64,000 nt of DNA from Burkholderiales bacterium (GTDB lineage Bacteria > Pseudomonadota > Gammaproteobacteria > Burkholderiales > SG8-39): assembly GCA_035637655.1 (NCBI GenBank), contig DASPWT010000207.1, positions 1,347-65,346 of the forward strand, given 5' to 3'. Position 1 is the first letter of the stretch; each line of letters starts with the position of its first letter. The notes beneath the pieces are model-generated. The model did no database searches. It was not told the origin of the DNA and saw nothing but the letters and a program-made list of their open reading frames with translations. Below are positions 33,305 to 45,425 of the stretch, piece after piece. The position numbers were made by a program, and so were the translations under genes.

Positions 33305-34495
33305 TCACTCCAATGCCCGTCCCGCAGACCCGAGGTCGGCGCTCGCGCGGAAATGCCGGTTGGCTTCCTCGGTCCGCCCGACGCGCTCGAAGAGGCGCGC
33401 GAGCGCGACGTGTGCCGCCCGCGTCGGCTGCGTGGCGAGGCTCGCCTCGAGGTAACTTTGAGCCTTTCCCCACAACTCGCGCTGCACGCATAGGCGGCCC
33501 AGCGTCAGCAACAATTCCGCTTCTCCCGGACGCTCGCTCAGCCACCGCTCGGCCCGCTCGAGCCGCTCGAACGCGTCATCGTCGATGCATTCTCCATAGA
33601 GCAGGGCGAGCGCGGCGTCCCAGTCGCGCTCGAGCGCCTCCTCGATGATCCGGTGGGCCTTGTGACAATCCCCCAGCTCGATGAAGGCGCGCGCGGCGGC
33701 CGCAGCGATCTTGGGACGCAAGCGCTCGGAGCGCGGCGTATCCTCCCAATGCCGGGCGAGGCCTTCCCGATCGGCGGCCTTGCGCGACAGTATCGCGACG
33801 CGAGCGTTGACGCGCACGCTGTCGAGGGCTTCCGGCGGCATCGCATCGCGTTTCTCCAGCAAATTAGTCACGCGGAGGACTTCATCCCAATTTCCCATGC
33901 CCTGCTCCGCGCGCAGCAACAGCAACAGCGCCGCGACATGCCGCGGCCGGCCGGCGTTCAGTTCGCGCAGCACGGCGCGTGCCTCGAGGAAGCGCCGTTC
34001 GTCCAGCAGGAGCTCCGCGGCGGTCATCAAACGGGCAAGACGCCACTCACCGTCGCCTTCTTTCGCCCGTTCGAGCCACTGATCGCGCCGGCCGAATTGC
34101 CGCAGCCTCTGGGCCGCACGCGCCGCAAGAAGACTTGCGAGACCCGGCGTCGCCCCAAGTCCGGCCGCCCCGGAGGCGAGCTTCTCGGCGCGCACAAATT
34201 GGCCCTCGAAGAGCGCCTGAATCGCCCCCAGCGCTGCTGCGCGTCCCTTTTCATCCCGCCGTCGTTCGCGAAAAGCGCGCACATGCGAGGGAAGCCTCAC
34301 CGCATGCCACACCACTCTCAGCAGAAAGTATCCCGCCCCGAGGACTAGGACCAGAAGAACAGCGAGCAGGTTGAGCGAAATCTCGGCGCGCCATGGAGGC
34401 AGCACGAACAGCGCGTAACCGCCGTGGCCTCGCATTGCCAGCGAAAGCGCCACGGCGAGCGCCGACAGGACAAGCAACCACAGCAAGCCTCTCAT
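33305..34495 (-). CDS. hemY: HemY-like membrane TPR protein
   Basis: Two N-terminal TM helices (HemY_N-like) plus C-terminal TPR repeats. Last gene of the hemCDXY block. Confidence 0.8.
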   Translation of the reverse strand: MRGLLWLLVLSALAVALSLAMRGHGGYALFVLPPWRAEISLNLLAVLLVLVLGAGYFLLRVVWHAVRLPSHVRAFRERRRDEKGRAAALGAIQALFEGQFVRAEKLASGAAGLGATPGLASLLAARAAQRLRQFGRRDQWLERAKEGDGEWRLARLMTAAELLLDERRFLEARAVLRELNAGRPRHVAALLLLLRAEQGMGNWDEVLRVTNLLEKRDAMPPEALDSVRVNARVAILSRKAADREGLARHWEDTPRSERLRPKIAAAAARAFIELGDCHKAHRIIEEALERDWDAALALLYGECIDDDAFERLERAERWLSERPGEAELLLTLGRLCVQRELWGKAQSYLEASLATQPTRAAHVALARLFERVGRTEEANRHFRASADLGSAGRALE

Positions 34496-35526
34496 TGCCC
34501 GGCCTGCTTCCGAATCGGCTTGTAGCCGTGCACCGCCGCGAGGCTTTCGCCGATCGTCGGAAACGAAACCCCCATGCCGCCTGAACCGAGCTGCTTCAAT
34601 GTCACCGCCATCGCCGCGGCGGCGCGAGAACGCGTGTCGAAGTATCGCTCGAGCCAGCTTGCCGCGATTTTCACGTCGCTGCGGTAGCCGATTTCATCGC
34701 GCGCAAGGAGCGCAAGCCGCGCGTTCAGCAGGCGCAGTTTCAGGTTCTCGCGCAAGAAAAACGCCTGCGGCGGGCTGAGCAATGCCAAGTCGGCGCCTTC
34801 CATGTTCTGGATCCTCACGAGCTGCTTGAGCTCGCCGAGCAACTCCGCGACCAGCCTTTCCCATAACCCATCGGCCTCACGCTTGGCGGCGGCCGTCGCC
34901 TGCGGGCGCGCTTCCTGCACGAGCGGCAGAGAATCCACGCCCGCGATCAACTGATCCAGCTTCGCGGCAAGTCCCGGAACATCCAGGCTGGGCGCGGTCC
35001 TGAGGCGTTCGATATCGCGGGCGAAAACCTTGCGCAGCGGCAGGAACTGGGGGCGGCCGGAGCGCGCCAGGCGCGCCTCGGCCGTCTGCAACGCGGCCAA
35101 GGCCACCTGGACGTTACCGGTGAGCTGCAGCTGCTGCGAGGCAAGGGTGAGGATCTGCTCGATTTCGGCGAGCACCCATTCGTCGCGACTGCGCCATAGC
35201 TCCTGGTAGAGCGCTTCGAGGCCGGCCTGCTGATTCTGAAATTCCGCGAGCTTCAACTCGATCTGCGCGAGCTTGGCCTGCGCCTCGCGCGCCACCTCCT
35301 GTGCCTGTCTCGCGGAGAGGCGCGCGTCGCGGCTGTCGGACTCGCTTTCGCGCACGCGTTGAGCGAGCTCCTCGCGCAACGCGTTGATCCGGTTGTGACC
35401 GTCGTACCACTGCCAAGCGAAAAGCAGTGCGACCAGCGCGAATGCGACAGCCGTCGCCGAAATGCGCCAGGCTTTGCGCTTCGAAGCTCGCTCGGTCCCG
35501 GATGCGGGTGAAGTGTCGTTTTCCAT
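34492..35526 (-). CDS. hemX: HemX-like membrane coiled-coil protein
   Basis: Single TM then a long coiled coil. Sits between hemD and hemY. Start trimmed to ATG 35526. Confidence 0.75.
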   Translation of the reverse strand: MENDTSPASGTERASKRKAWRISATAVAFALVALLFAWQWYDGHNRINALREELAQRVRESESDSRDARLSARQAQEVAREAQAKLAQIELKLAEFQNQQAGLEALYQELWRSRDEWVLAEIEQILTLASQQLQLTGNVQVALAALQTAEARLARSGRPQFLPLRKVFARDIERLRTAPSLDVPGLAAKLDQLIAGVDSLPLVQEARPQATAAAKREADGLWERLVAELLGELKQLVRIQNMEGADLALLSPPQAFFLRENLKLRLLNARLALLARDEIGYRSDVKIAASWLERYFDTRSRAAAAMAVTLKQLGSGGMGVSFPTIGESLAAVHGYKPIRKQAGQ

Positions 35527-35554
35527 GCGCGAGGCGACTACGGATGAGAGGCGA

Positions 35555-36328
35555 TCATACTTTAGCAAAAAAAGCCGCCATCTCAGCGACGGTGCGAACG
35601 TCGCCGCGTCCGGTCACGACGATCTCCCGCACATCGAGCTTCCGCGCGGCAAGCGCGATCCGCGGATGCGGCACGAACACCGGGGTCGCGCGCAAGTAAC
35701 CCCTGCCGGTAGGGCCCAGCATTTCGCAGAAATTCGCCAGGCCTTCGGCGCTGGTAATCGACACCGCTTCGATTCCGCCGCTCTGCCAGCGGGCGAGGAG
35801 CCCTCCTGCGTCGGCGTCGGGCCGCGCACGGCGGTAGCATTCGGCATACTCGACTTTCGCGCCCCGCGCTTCAAGTCTCGCTCGCAGCCATTCGCGACCG
35901 CCCTGCCCGCGAAAGATCACGACCGAGCGACCCTGCAGATCCTGCAGCTCGGGAAGTTCTGCGAGCGCCTCGCTGTCGGCCTCACCCGAGGGCGCCATCA
36001 CTGCACGGAACCCTCGTTCCTCGAGTGCTTTTGCTGTTCCGATCCCCACGGCGGCTACACGCAGGCCCTTCGGCCAGTTCCGGTTCGCCATGACCATCGC
36101 GTGCCCCCGCATCGCCGCCGTCGGACTGACGAAAATCGCAAGCTGAAATCCGTCCAGGCGCGCAACCAGATTTGAGACCGCTCCTGCGTTTTCCGGAGGC
36201 AGGATCTCGATGGTGGGAAAGAGAATCGGGTCTGCGCCTGCCGCGCGGATCCGCTCGGCCAGCGCTAGAGCGTGCTCGCGCGGGCGAGTGACTACGATAC
36301 CGCGGCCCGAGAGCGGTCCCGCGCTCAT
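35555..36328 (-). CDS. hemD: uroporphyrinogen-III synthase
   Basis: [17 protein letters not shown]-terminus. ATGA overlap with the hemC stop at 36325..36328. The 5' 290 codons of track ORF 35555..37198 are a shadow over hemC. Confidence 0.85.
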   Translation of the reverse strand: MSAGPLSGRGIVVTRPREHALALAERIRAAGADPILFPTIEILPPENAGAVSNLVARLDGFQLAIFVSPTAAMRGHAMVMANRNWPKGLRVAAVGIGTAKALEERGFRAVMAPSGEADSEALAELPELQDLQGRSVVIFRGQGGREWLRARLEARGAKVEYAECYRRARPDADAGGLLARWQSGGIEAVSITSAEGLANFCEMLGPTGRGYLRATPVFVPHPRIALAARKLDVREIVVTGRGDVRTVAEMAAFFAKV

Positions 36329-37254
36329 GACAAAGACGCGAGAATCGCGTCTGCGCCGAGGCCCCGCAGTTTCGCCGCGAGCATCTCGCCCAGTTCTTCC
36401 GGCGCCGCTATCGGGCCGCTCAATTCCGCGCGCACTACCTTGCTGCCGTCGGGCATTGCCACGAGACCCCGCAAACGAATCTCCGCCCCGTTTGCCACGG
36501 CGTATGCCGCGAGCGGCAGCTGGCAATCGCCCGACAATGCACGGCTCAGCGCACGCTCGGCGAACACGCAAGCCGATGTGTCGAAATCCCCGAGCGCAGC
36601 CAGTCGCTGCCGCAGTTCGCCTTGGTCCTCTCGACACTCGATCACGAGCGCGCCCTGACCGGGGGCGGGCAAGCTCTGCTCGGGCTCGATCATCGCCCGG
36701 ATTCGCGCCGCAAGACCGAGCCGCTTGAGCCCCGCTGCGGCGAGCACGACTGCCTGGAATTCGCCCCGATCGAGCTTCGCCAGGCGCGTGTCGAGATTGC
36801 CGCGCAGCGGATTCACCGTCAGCGCCGGATGACGCTCGCGCAATTGCGCCTCGCGCCGCAGGCTGGAAGTTCCAACGATGCTTCCCGGCGGCAACCCTTC
36901 GAGGCTCGCGCTCAGGTTCGATACGAGGCAGTCGCGCGGGTCCTCTCTCGCGGTGATTGCCGCCAGGCAAAATCTTTCGGGCAGGCGCATCGGAACGTCT
37001 TTCGCGGAGTGCACGGCAAAATCGGCCCGCCCGTCCTCGAGCGCGGCCTCGAGTTCCTTGACGAAAAGGCCCTTGCCGCCGAGCTGGGCGAGCGGCCGAT
37101 CGACGATCTGGTCGCCTCGCGTCGTGATGCCGAGGATGCTCACCTCGCAATGCGGATACAGGCGCTTGAGCTCGCCCGCGACGTGCTCGGACTGCCACAT
37201 CGCGAGCCGGCTCCTGCGCGACGCAATGACGATTCGTTCAGAACCCTGAGTCAA
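36325..37254 (-). CDS. hemC: hydroxymethylbilane synthase (porphobilinogen deaminase)
   Basis: [22 protein letters not shown] and [11 protein letters not shown] motifs. Confidence 0.95.
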   Translation of the reverse strand: MTQGSERIVIASRRSRLAMWQSEHVAGELKRLYPHCEVSILGITTRGDQIVDRPLAQLGGKGLFVKELEAALEDGRADFAVHSAKDVPMRLPERFCLAAITAREDPRDCLVSNLSASLEGLPPGSIVGTSSLRREAQLRERHPALTVNPLRGNLDTRLAKLDRGEFQAVVLAAAGLKRLGLAARIRAMIEPEQSLPAPGQGALVIECREDQGELRQRLAALGDFDTSACVFAERALSRALSGDCQLPLAAYAVANGAEIRLRGLVAMPDGSKVVRAELSGPIAAPEELGEMLAAKLRGLGADAILASLS

Positions 37255-37264
37255 CGTTTGTTCC

Positions 37265-38017
37265 CTAGCTTACCAGCGACTTGACCTGCGCCCATTGCCT
37301 GCGGCTCACGGGCAGCCTTTCCTCGAGCCCCTCCAGGACCACCGACCATCCGACTTCGCCCTCGGTCTCGGCGCCGCGCTCAACACCGCGGATCAAACGC
37401 CGCGCCACCAGACAATTGCGATGAATCCGCACGAACACGCCGCTGAATTCCTGTTCGAGCTGCTGGAGCGACTCCTCGGCGAGATGCTCGCGCTCGCGGG
37501 TGCGCAGCGTGACGTACTTCAGCTCCGCTCTCAGGTAAATCACCTCCGACACAGGAACGAGCGTCACCCGACCGCGCTCAGCGACGCTGAAGTAGCGCCG
37601 CGGAGCCGGATCGATGCTCTCGAGCACCCCGCGCGCGAGCCGCGTGCCGATTGCGGCCTTTTTCAGAGCCGCGAGCAGCCGCGCCGCGCGCACCGGCTTG
37701 GTCAGGTAGTCCACGGCGTTGACCTCGAACGCCTCGACCGCGTACCGGTCGTGTGCGGTCACGAAAATCACGGCGGGCGGGCGCTCGAGCACTTGCAGAT
37801 GCCGCGCGAATTCGATGCCGCTCATCTCAGGCATCTGTATGTCGACCAGGACGACGTCGGCTCCCGCCGCCGTGACCGCCTTCAGGCCCTCCACGCCGTT
37901 CGCCGCCTCGCCCGCGACCCGATGCGGCAGCTCCCTGCGGCAGTCCTCGAGCAGCTCGCGCAGCCGATCGCGCGCCGGACGCTCGTCGTCGACGACGACT
38001 ATCTTGAGCTGGGTCAT
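37265..38017 (-). CDS. LytTR-family response regulator (AlgR-like)
   Basis: Receiver domain ([21 protein letters not shown]) plus a C-terminal LytTR DNA-binding domain. Sits immediately upstream of hemC, like Pseudomonas algR. Confidence 0.85.
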   Translation of the reverse strand: MTQLKIVVVDDERPARDRLRELLEDCRRELPHRVAGEAANGVEGLKAVTAAGADVVLVDIQMPEMSGIEFARHLQVLERPPAVIFVTAHDRYAVEAFEVNAVDYLTKPVRAARLLAALKKAAIGTRLARGVLESIDPAPRRYFSVAERGRVTLVPVSEVIYLRAELKYVTLRTREREHLAEESLQQLEQEFSGVFVRIHRNCLVARRLIRGVERGAETEGEVGWSVVLEGLEERLPVSRRQWAQVKSLVS

Positions 38018-39027
38018 GGGTTGGTGCGGTAGGGCATCACGATGCCGATCTCGTAGCGGCCGTCCGCGATGCGCGTGTCCAGACTCGCCTCGACGTCGAA
38101 GTGCAGCTGCAGGCGCTCGCGGATGTTGGCAAGCGCCATGCGATTTCCCTGGCGGTGCTGGTAGTCCTCGTGGTAGGGATTGGACAATTGCAGCCGGAGG
38201 CGGTCGTCCCGACGCTCGATGCGCACCTCGATCACGCCGGCGGCGATTCCCGGCTCGATGCCGTGGTAGACGGCGTTTTCCACCAGGGGTTGCAGGAGCA
38301 TCGGCGGGACCAGGGCCTGCTCAACGGCCGGCCCCAGCTGCCATTGCACCGTGAGCCGCTCGCCCAGGCGCAGCTGCTCCAGGTTGAGGTACTGCCGGCA
38401 CAGCGACAGCTCGTCCCTGAGCGCGATCAGCTCGCGGTTGTCCACCATGACGGTGCGGAACAGCTCCGCCAGATCCTCCAGAGCGCCCTCGGCGCGCTTC
38501 GGATCTTTGCGTATCAGCGAAAGCACGGCATTCAGAGTGTTGAAAAGGAAATGCGGACGGATGCGGGCCTGAAGCGCCTGCAGCCGCGCCTCGGATATCG
38601 CCGGAGAAAATGCCCGGTTGCGAAGGTGAAAATACCACGCGATCGCTCCTGTCCCCAGCGCCGCGTGGCCTAGGCTCCAGGGGAGTTCGCGCCACTCACC
38701 GCTTCCGCCGAGCAGGGTCTGGAGCGGGAAGAGCGCGGCGGTGACCGCGAGCACGATCGCAAGCACCGCCACCAGACCGTGAACGTACGCGAGCCGCTGG
38801 AGCAGCGCGGAGCCCGCGTAAAGCACGATCACTACGACGAGCAATATCGGTTCGAGCGACCCTGCGATCTCGGTGACTTTTGCGGCGAACTCGCCGATCT
38901 CCCGCGAGCGCGCCAGAGCGAAAAGCAGGGCGAGCGCGTTGACGGAAAGCAGGATGCGCGACATCACGCCCAGATTGCGGAAGTCCGGCAGGGCGTCGGG
39001 CAGATCGTTTTGCCGTATACTTTGCAC
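38014..39027 (-). CDS. LytS/YehU-type sensor histidine kinase (AlgZ/FimS-like)
   Basis: Multi-TM N-terminus and the RPHFLFNTLN His_kinase box. GTG start. 4-nt overlap with the regulator gene. Confidence 0.8.
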   Translation of the reverse strand: MQSIRQNDLPDALPDFRNLGVMSRILLSVNALALLFALARSREIGEFAAKVTEIAGSLEPILLVVVIVLYAGSALLQRLAYVHGLVAVLAIVLAVTAALFPLQTLLGGSGEWRELPWSLGHAALGTGAIAWYFHLRNRAFSPAISEARLQALQARIRPHFLFNTLNAVLSLIRKDPKRAEGALEDLAELFRTVMVDNRELIALRDELSLCRQYLNLEQLRLGERLTVQWQLGPAVEQALVPPMLLQPLVENAVYHGIEPGIAAGVIEVRIERRDDRLRLQLSNPYHEDYQHRQGNRMALANIRERLQLHFDVEASLDTRIADGRYEIGIVMPYRTNP

Positions 39028-39104
39028 TTTTGTGCGGACGCAAAAGTCGACGCTTGCGGCGATGAACCGCGCGCTTCACGACTTCGGTCATTTTACAGTC
39101 AACC

Positions 39105-40514
39105 ATGGCAGCGAAACCCAAACCCGGCAAGAAACTCTGGTCCGGGCGGTTCGCCGAGCCAGTATCCGAGCTCGTCAAGCGCTACACCGCCTCAATCGGC
39201 TTTGACCGGCGCCTCGCGCCCCACGACATCCGGGCGTCTCTCGCACACGCGCGCATGCTCCGCGCCGTCGGGATCTTGAAGCCGGCGGATCTGAAGGCGA
39301 TCGAACGCGGCCTCTCCAGGATCTCCCGCGAAATCGAAACGGGACGGTTTCGCTGGTCGCTCGCGGCCGAGGACGTCCACGTCAACATCGAGCGGCGGCT
39401 GATCGCTCTCATAGGGGAGGCCGGCAAGCGCCTGCACACCGCCCGCTCGCGCAACGACCAGGTCGCAACCGACCTGCGTCTGTGGCTGCGCGAGGCGATC
39501 GACGAGATCAGGGGCCTCGTGCGAAAGCTGCAGCAGGGGCTCCTCGATCAGGCGGAAAAACACGCCGCTACGGTGATGCCGGGTTTCACCCACCTGCAGG
39601 TCGCTCAACCGGTGACTTTCGGGCATCACCTGCTCGCGTATTTCGAGATGCTCGAGCGCGACCGCTCGCGCCTTGCCGAGTGCCGGCGACGCGTCAACTG
39701 TCTCCCGCTCGGCGCCGCGGCGCTCGCCGGAACCTCCTTTCCGATCGACCGCGCGAAGGTCGCGCGCGAGCTGGGGTTCGAGACGGTGAGCGGAAACTCC
39801 CTGGACGCGGTTTCCGATCGCGACTTCGCGATCGAATTCTGCGCCTGTGCGGCGCTCGCGATGGTCCATCTCTCGCGCTTTTCCGAGGAACTGATCCTCT
39901 GGAGCAATCCGCGCTTCGGCTTCGTCGCTCTGCCGGATCGCTTTTGCACCGGCTCGTCCATCATGCCCCAGAAGAAGAACCCCGACGTCCCGGAGCTCGC
40001 GCGCGGCAAGACCGGGAGGGTCGCCGGCGATCTCGTCGCGCTGCTCACCTTGATGAAAGGACAGGCTCTTGCCTACAACAAGGACAATCAGGAGGACAAG
40101 GAGCCGCTGTTCGACGCGGTGGATACCCTGCGCGATACGCTCGCCGTTTTCGCCGAGCTGATCGCCGGCATCCGAGTCAACGCGGCTGCGATGCGAACCG
40201 CGGCGAAAGAAGGCTTCGCCACGGCGACCGACTTTGCCGACTACCTGGTAAGAAAGGGGCTCGCGTTTCGCGACGCTCACGAAGCGGTGGCGCGGGCGGT
40301 GCGCTTCGCCGAAGAATCGGGGCTGGGTCTGGAGCAGTTGCCGCTCGAGGAGATGCGGCGCTTCTCCTCCAAAGTGGAAAAAGACGTCTACCGCGTGCTC
40401 ACTCTCGAGGGCTCCATAGCGAGCCGCTCGCACATCGGCGGCACCGCGCCCGCGCAGGTGCGTGCCGCGATCGGCCGCGCGCGCAGATTGCTGAAGGCCG
40501 ACCCGGCACCGTGA
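39105..40514 (+). CDS. argH: argininosuccinate lyase
   Basis: Fumarate-lyase signature [12 protein letters not shown] and KLWSGRF near the N-terminus. Confidence 0.95.
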   Translation: MAAKPKPGKKLWSGRFAEPVSELVKRYTASIGFDRRLAPHDIRASLAHARMLRAVGILKPADLKAIERGLSRISREIETGRFRWSLAAEDVHVNIERRLIALIGEAGKRLHTARSRNDQVATDLRLWLREAIDEIRGLVRKLQQGLLDQAEKHAATVMPGFTHLQVAQPVTFGHHLLAYFEMLERDRSRLAECRRRVNCLPLGAAALAGTSFPIDRAKVARELGFETVSGNSLDAVSDRDFAIEFCACAALAMVHLSRFSEELILWSNPRFGFVALPDRFCTGSSIMPQKKNPDVPELARGKTGRVAGDLVALLTLMKGQALAYNKDNQEDKEPLFDAVDTLRDTLAVFAELIAGIRVNAAAMRTAAKEGFATATDFADYLVRKGLAFRDAHEAVARAVRFAEESGLGLEQLPLEEMRRFSSKVEKDVYRVLTLEGSIASRSHIGGTAPAQVRAAIGRARRLLKADPAP

Positions 40515-40521
40515 TCCCGCA

Positions 40522-41412
40522 GTGATGGGAGGCCCATCGGGAGAGCTTCTCGCCGCACTGCAGACATCCGTTTCAGATGTCGCGGGCTCGTTCCGAATCG
40601 AGCGCGCGACGCCTGTCGCGGGAGGTTGCATCCACCGATGCCTGCTGCTCGAGGGCGGCGGTCGCACATATTTCGCCAAAACAAACGCCCGCTCGGAGCT
40701 CGATAATTTCGCTGCCGAAGCTGACGGCCTCGCTGCGCTTTCCGCGGCCGGCGCCCGAGTTCCCGTCCCGCTGTGCCAAGGTCAAGCGGGCGAGCAAGCA
40801 TTCCTCGTGCTCGAGCACCTTGAGCTGCGCGGAAACGGCGACTACGCGGCTCTCGGGCGCGCGCTCGCCGCCATCCATTCGGTCCACGGAGAATTCTTCG
40901 GCTGGCGGCGAGACAACTATATCGGGAGAACTCCGCAGCTCAACCGGCGATCGCCTTCCTGGAGCGAGTTCTGGCGCGAAGCGCGGCTCGGACCTCAGCT
41001 CGAGCTGGCGAGGAAAAACGGCTTCGGGAAAAGTCTCTTGAGAAAGGGGGAGCAGCTTGCCGGAGCGGTACCAGGTCTGCTTTCCGGACATGCGCCCGCC
41101 GCATCGCTCCTGCACGGCGATCTATGGAGCGGAAATGCCGGGTTTCTGGCCGACGGCACGCCGGTGCTTTTCGATCCGGCCGTTTATTGGGGAGACCGTG
41201 AAGCGGACCTGGCCATGACCGAGCTGTTCGGCGGATTTCCACAGGCTTTCTATTCCGCCTACCGGGAAGCCGCGCCCCTGGCTCAAGGTTACGCAGTCAG
41301 AAAGACGCTCTACAACCTGTACCACGTTCTCAACCACGCGAATCTGTTCGGCGGCGGCTACGCGGCGCAGGCCGAGCGGATGATCGAGCGCCTGCTTGTG
41401 GAGCTACGGTAA
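40522..41412 (+). CDS. fructosamine/ketosamine-3-kinase family protein
   Basis: LLHGDLWSGN catalytic motif and DPAVYWGDREADLAM. Confidence 0.85.
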   Translation: MMGGPSGELLAALQTSVSDVAGSFRIERATPVAGGCIHRCLLLEGGGRTYFAKTNARSELDNFAAEADGLAALSAAGARVPVPLCQGQAGEQAFLVLEHLELRGNGDYAALGRALAAIHSVHGEFFGWRRDNYIGRTPQLNRRSPSWSEFWREARLGPQLELARKNGFGKSLLRKGEQLAGAVPGLLSGHAPAASLLHGDLWSGNAGFLADGTPVLFDPAVYWGDREADLAMTELFGGFPQAFYSAYREAAPLAQGYAVRKTLYNLYHVLNHANLFGGGYAAQAERMIERLLVELR

Positions 41413-41429
41413 GGCGATCCGTCTTCCGA

Positions 41430-41753
41430 CTAGGAGGTGGTTTTTTCTCCGGTGAGAAGCTTCTGCAACTCCCCGGACTGATACATCTCGCGCATGATGT
41501 CGGACCCGCCCACAAACTCTCCGTTGACGTAGAGCTGGGGGATGGTGGGCCAATTGGCGTATTCCTTGATGCCCTGGCGGATATCCGGCTCTTCGAGCAC
41601 GTTGACGGTAAAGACTTCCTCGACCCCGCAGGCTTTCAGGATCTGTACCGCGTTGGCGGAGAAGCCGCACTGCGGAAATTGCGGGGTCCCTTTCATATAG
41701 AGAACGACCGGGTTCCCGGTGACTTGCTGTTTGATGCGTTCGTGCGCGTCCAT
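41430..41753 (-). CDS. grxD: Grx4-type monothiol glutaredoxin
   Basis: VVLYMKGTPQFPQCGFS active site. Start trimmed to ATG 41753. Confidence 0.9.
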   Translation of the reverse strand: MDAHERIKQQVTGNPVVLYMKGTPQFPQCGFSANAVQILKACGVEEVFTVNVLEEPDIRQGIKEYANWPTIPQLYVNGEFVGGSDIMREMYQSGELQKLLTGEKTTS

Positions 41754-41810
41754 GTCTATTTTCTGAATACCTGAGAACAAGTATCAGGCATTTTAGCGCC
41801 CTCGATACAG

Positions 41811-42644
41811 TCAATCAAGCCAGCGGCCGGCGCACACGCGCGGCCATCCCGCGAGGTCATGAAAATCGCCGACTTCGGCGTAACCCAGCGCTCTGAAGAG
41901 CGCGACGCAGCGATCTCCCTGATCGTACCCGTGCTCCACCAGCAAGCCCCCGTCCGGCCGGAGCCAGTCTTGCGCGCGTGCGGCAATCTTGCGGATGCAG
42001 GCGAGCCCGTCCTCGCCGCCGACCAGGGCAAGTCGCGGCTCGAAGCGCACGTCGCCCCGCTCCAGATGAGCGTCTCCCGCTGCGACGTAAGGCGGATTTG
42101 AAACGATCAGGTCGAACGGCTCCGGTCCGAGCGCATCGAACCAGTCGCTGAGAACAAAGTCGATTTCTGCCCCGTGGTCGCGCGCGTTCCGCCGCGCGAG
42201 GGCGAGGGCCGCTTCGGAAACATCCGTGGCGACAATTCTAAGCCCCGGCCGCTCGATCGCGAGAGCGATGGCAATCGCTCCGCTGCCCGTTCCGAGCTCC
42301 AGCACGCGCGCCGGCGCACCGAGGGGAAGGCGCTCGAGCGCAAGCTCGACCAGGCGCTCGGTTTCCGGGCGAGGGATCAGCACGTCCGGGGTCACCCGCA
42401 GGGCCCGGCCGTAAAACTCCCGCCAGCCCGTGATGTAGGAAACGGGTTCACCCGCGCGTCGCCGCGCGAACCGAGCGTGCGCAGAGCGCGCTCTGCAAGG
42501 ATCGATTGCTTCTTCGGCGTGGGCGATGAGCCAGACGCGCTCGCAGCCCAGAATGGAGCAAAGCAACAATTCGGCTTCCGATCGCGGCAATCCGCACTCG
42601 CGCAGCAAGTCGCCTATCGTTGCGCCGGTTTCGACCGTGTTCAC
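41811..42644 (-). CDS. prmC: release-factor glutamine N5-methyltransferase
   Basis: [15 protein letters not shown] motif and the NPPY catalytic motif. Downstream of prfA. Confidence 0.9.
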   Translation of the reverse strand: MNTVETGATIGDLLRECGLPRSEAELLLCSILGCERVWLIAHAEEAIDPCRARSAHARFARRRAGEPVSYITGWREFYGRALRVTPDVLIPRPETERLVELALERLPLGAPARVLELGTGSGAIAIALAIERPGLRIVATDVSEAALALARRNARDHGAEIDFVLSDWFDALGPEPFDLIVSNPPYVAAGDAHLERGDVRFEPRLALVGGEDGLACIRKIAARAQDWLRPDGGLLVEHGYDQGDRCVALFRALGYAEVGDFHDLAGWPRVCAGRWLD

Positions 42645-42659
42645 TCCGGGACCCTGCCG

Positions 42660-43742
<1,083 letters not shown>

Positions 43743-43765
43743 CGACTCACGAGCAGACGCCCGAG

Positions 43766-45016
43766 CTAATCGCCCGTGCGCAGGCGATACAGCCGTGCTA
43801 CGAGCGACTTGAGCGACTCGGCCGCCTCGCCGCCTTGGTTGAGGGCCTCGGTAGGAGCGTGCATCAGTTTGTTGGTAAGGCCGTGCGAAAGCGCCTCGAG
43901 CACTGTCTTGGGATCGTCGCCCCGGGCGAGCATCCGCACCGCACGCTCGACTTCGCGGCAGCGCGCTTCCTCGGCGGATTCGCGCAGCTGGCGGATGAGA
44001 GGCACCATTTCGCGCGTCTTCATCCAGTGCAGGAAGGACCCGACCTGCGACTCGATGATCGCCTCGGCCTGCGCGACGGACGATTGGCGCGCGTCGATGC
44101 CCTCGCGCACCGTCGCGGCGAGGTCGTCGATGGTATAGAGAAATACGTCGTCCATCCCCGCCACCTCGGCTTCGATGTCCCGGGGGACCGCGAGATCCAC
44201 CATGAATACCGGACGGTGGCGGCGAGCGCGGACCGTGCGCTCCATGGTGCCCTTGCCGATGATCGGCAGCGAGCTCGCGGTACAGGAAATGATGATGTCG
44301 AATTCCGGCAAGCGCTCGGGCAGGTCGCGCAGCTCGATCGACTCGGCGTTGAAGCGGCGCGCAAGCGATTCAGCCCGATCGAGCGTGCGGTTCGCCACCG
44401 CCATGCCGCGCGGCTGCTGCGCGGCGAAGTGGGTCGCTGCGAGCTCGATCATCTCGCCTGCGCCGACCAGCAGCACTTTCTGCTCGGCGAGGCTCGGAAA
44501 TATCCGGCCGGCGAGCTTCACTGCGGCAGCCGCCATCGAAACGACGTTGGCGCCGATGCCGGTATTGCTGCGCACTTCTTTCGCCACCGCAAAAGAGCGC
44601 TGGAAAAGCTTGTTGAGAAGCGTCCCGAGCGTACCGGCGGACTCGGCGACGCGAACCGCCTCTTTCATCTGGCCGAGAATCTGGGGCTCGCCGACCACCA
44701 TGGAGTCGAGGCCGGAGGCGACGCGGAACGCGTGCCGAACCGCTTCGCCCTGCGGAAAGGTATAGAGGTAGGGCTTCAGCTCCTGGGGCTGGACGCGGTG
44801 ATAGCCGGCGAGCCACTCGAGTGCAGCCTGCGGTTCGCCCAGAGCGCAGTAAAGCTCGGTGCGATTGCAGGTCGAAAGAATTGCAGCCTCCCTGACTGGC
44901 TCGCGCAGGGTCAGCTCGGCAAGCGCCGATCGAAGGCGCTCGGCGTGAAACGCCACGCGCTCGCGAATCGCGAGCGGAGCGGTCTGGTGGTTCAATCCGA
45001 GCGTGAAAAGTTGCAT
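43766..45016 (-). CDS. hemA: glutamyl-tRNA reductase
   Basis: [19 protein letters not shown] and [10 protein letters not shown] motifs. Confidence 0.95.
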   Translation of the reverse strand: MQLFTLGLNHQTAPLAIRERVAFHAERLRSALAELTLREPVREAAILSTCNRTELYCALGEPQAALEWLAGYHRVQPQELKPYLYTFPQGEAVRHAFRVASGLDSMVVGEPQILGQMKEAVRVAESAGTLGTLLNKLFQRSFAVAKEVRSNTGIGANVVSMAAAAVKLAGRIFPSLAEQKVLLVGAGEMIELAATHFAAQQPRGMAVANRTLDRAESLARRFNAESIELRDLPERLPEFDIIISCTASSLPIIGKGTMERTVRARRHRPVFMVDLAVPRDIEAEVAGMDDVFLYTIDDLAATVREGIDARQSSVAQAEAIIESQVGSFLHWMKTREMVPLIRQLRESAEEARCREVERAVRMLARGDDPKTVLEALSHGLTNKLMHAPTEALNQGGEAAESLKSLVARLYRLRTGD

Positions 45017-45270
45017 GGCGAGAGCGGTCTACGTAATCTGCCATTATAAACTAGCAAATTCCGAGGCCCGCAGGAGCGAGTGCGGCCTTAACAATCCTTT
45101 CCTGGATCTGGACTTCGTTCAGATTATCGAACGTGGCCAACTGATCGAACTGCGTGCGGCGCGCTGTTTCCAGATCGTGCAACGACGTCAGATCAAGTTC
45201 GTCAACCGTCTTGTACTGCAGCAGCATCTGGAAAACGGAGCCGCGCGCCTGACATCGCCTCCGGGGGAAT

Positions 45271-45346
45271 TGGTGGCCAAGGCCGGAATCGAACCAGCGA
45301 CACACGGATTTTCAGTCCGCTGCTCTACCAACTGAGCTACTTGGCC
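45271..45346 (-). tRNA. tRNA-Phe (anticodon GAA)
   Basis: The reverse complement reads GGCCAAGTAGCTCAGTTGGTAGAGCAGCGGACTGAAAATCCGTGTGTCGCTGGTTCGATTCCGGCCTTGGCCACCA. It is a 76-nt cloverleaf close to E. coli tRNA-Phe. Confidence 0.95.
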
Positions 45347-45425
45347 GGGCCGGTGCGTCCGGAAACCGGAGCGCGCGGAAAGGAGCGCGGATTATAAGGG
45401 CAATTTCGCCTGCTCGCCAAGAAGT

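Noticed and set aside
39192-40679. 495-aa minus-strand ORF.
   Set aside because: It is antisense to argH, which carries the [12 protein letters not shown] signature. It is a shadow frame.
45003-45335. 110-aa plus-strand ORF, and the longer version (to 45305) of the minus-strand small ORF.
   Set aside because: Both run through the tRNA-Phe gene. The plus-strand ORF also overlaps the hemA start, so it is not credible as a CDS.
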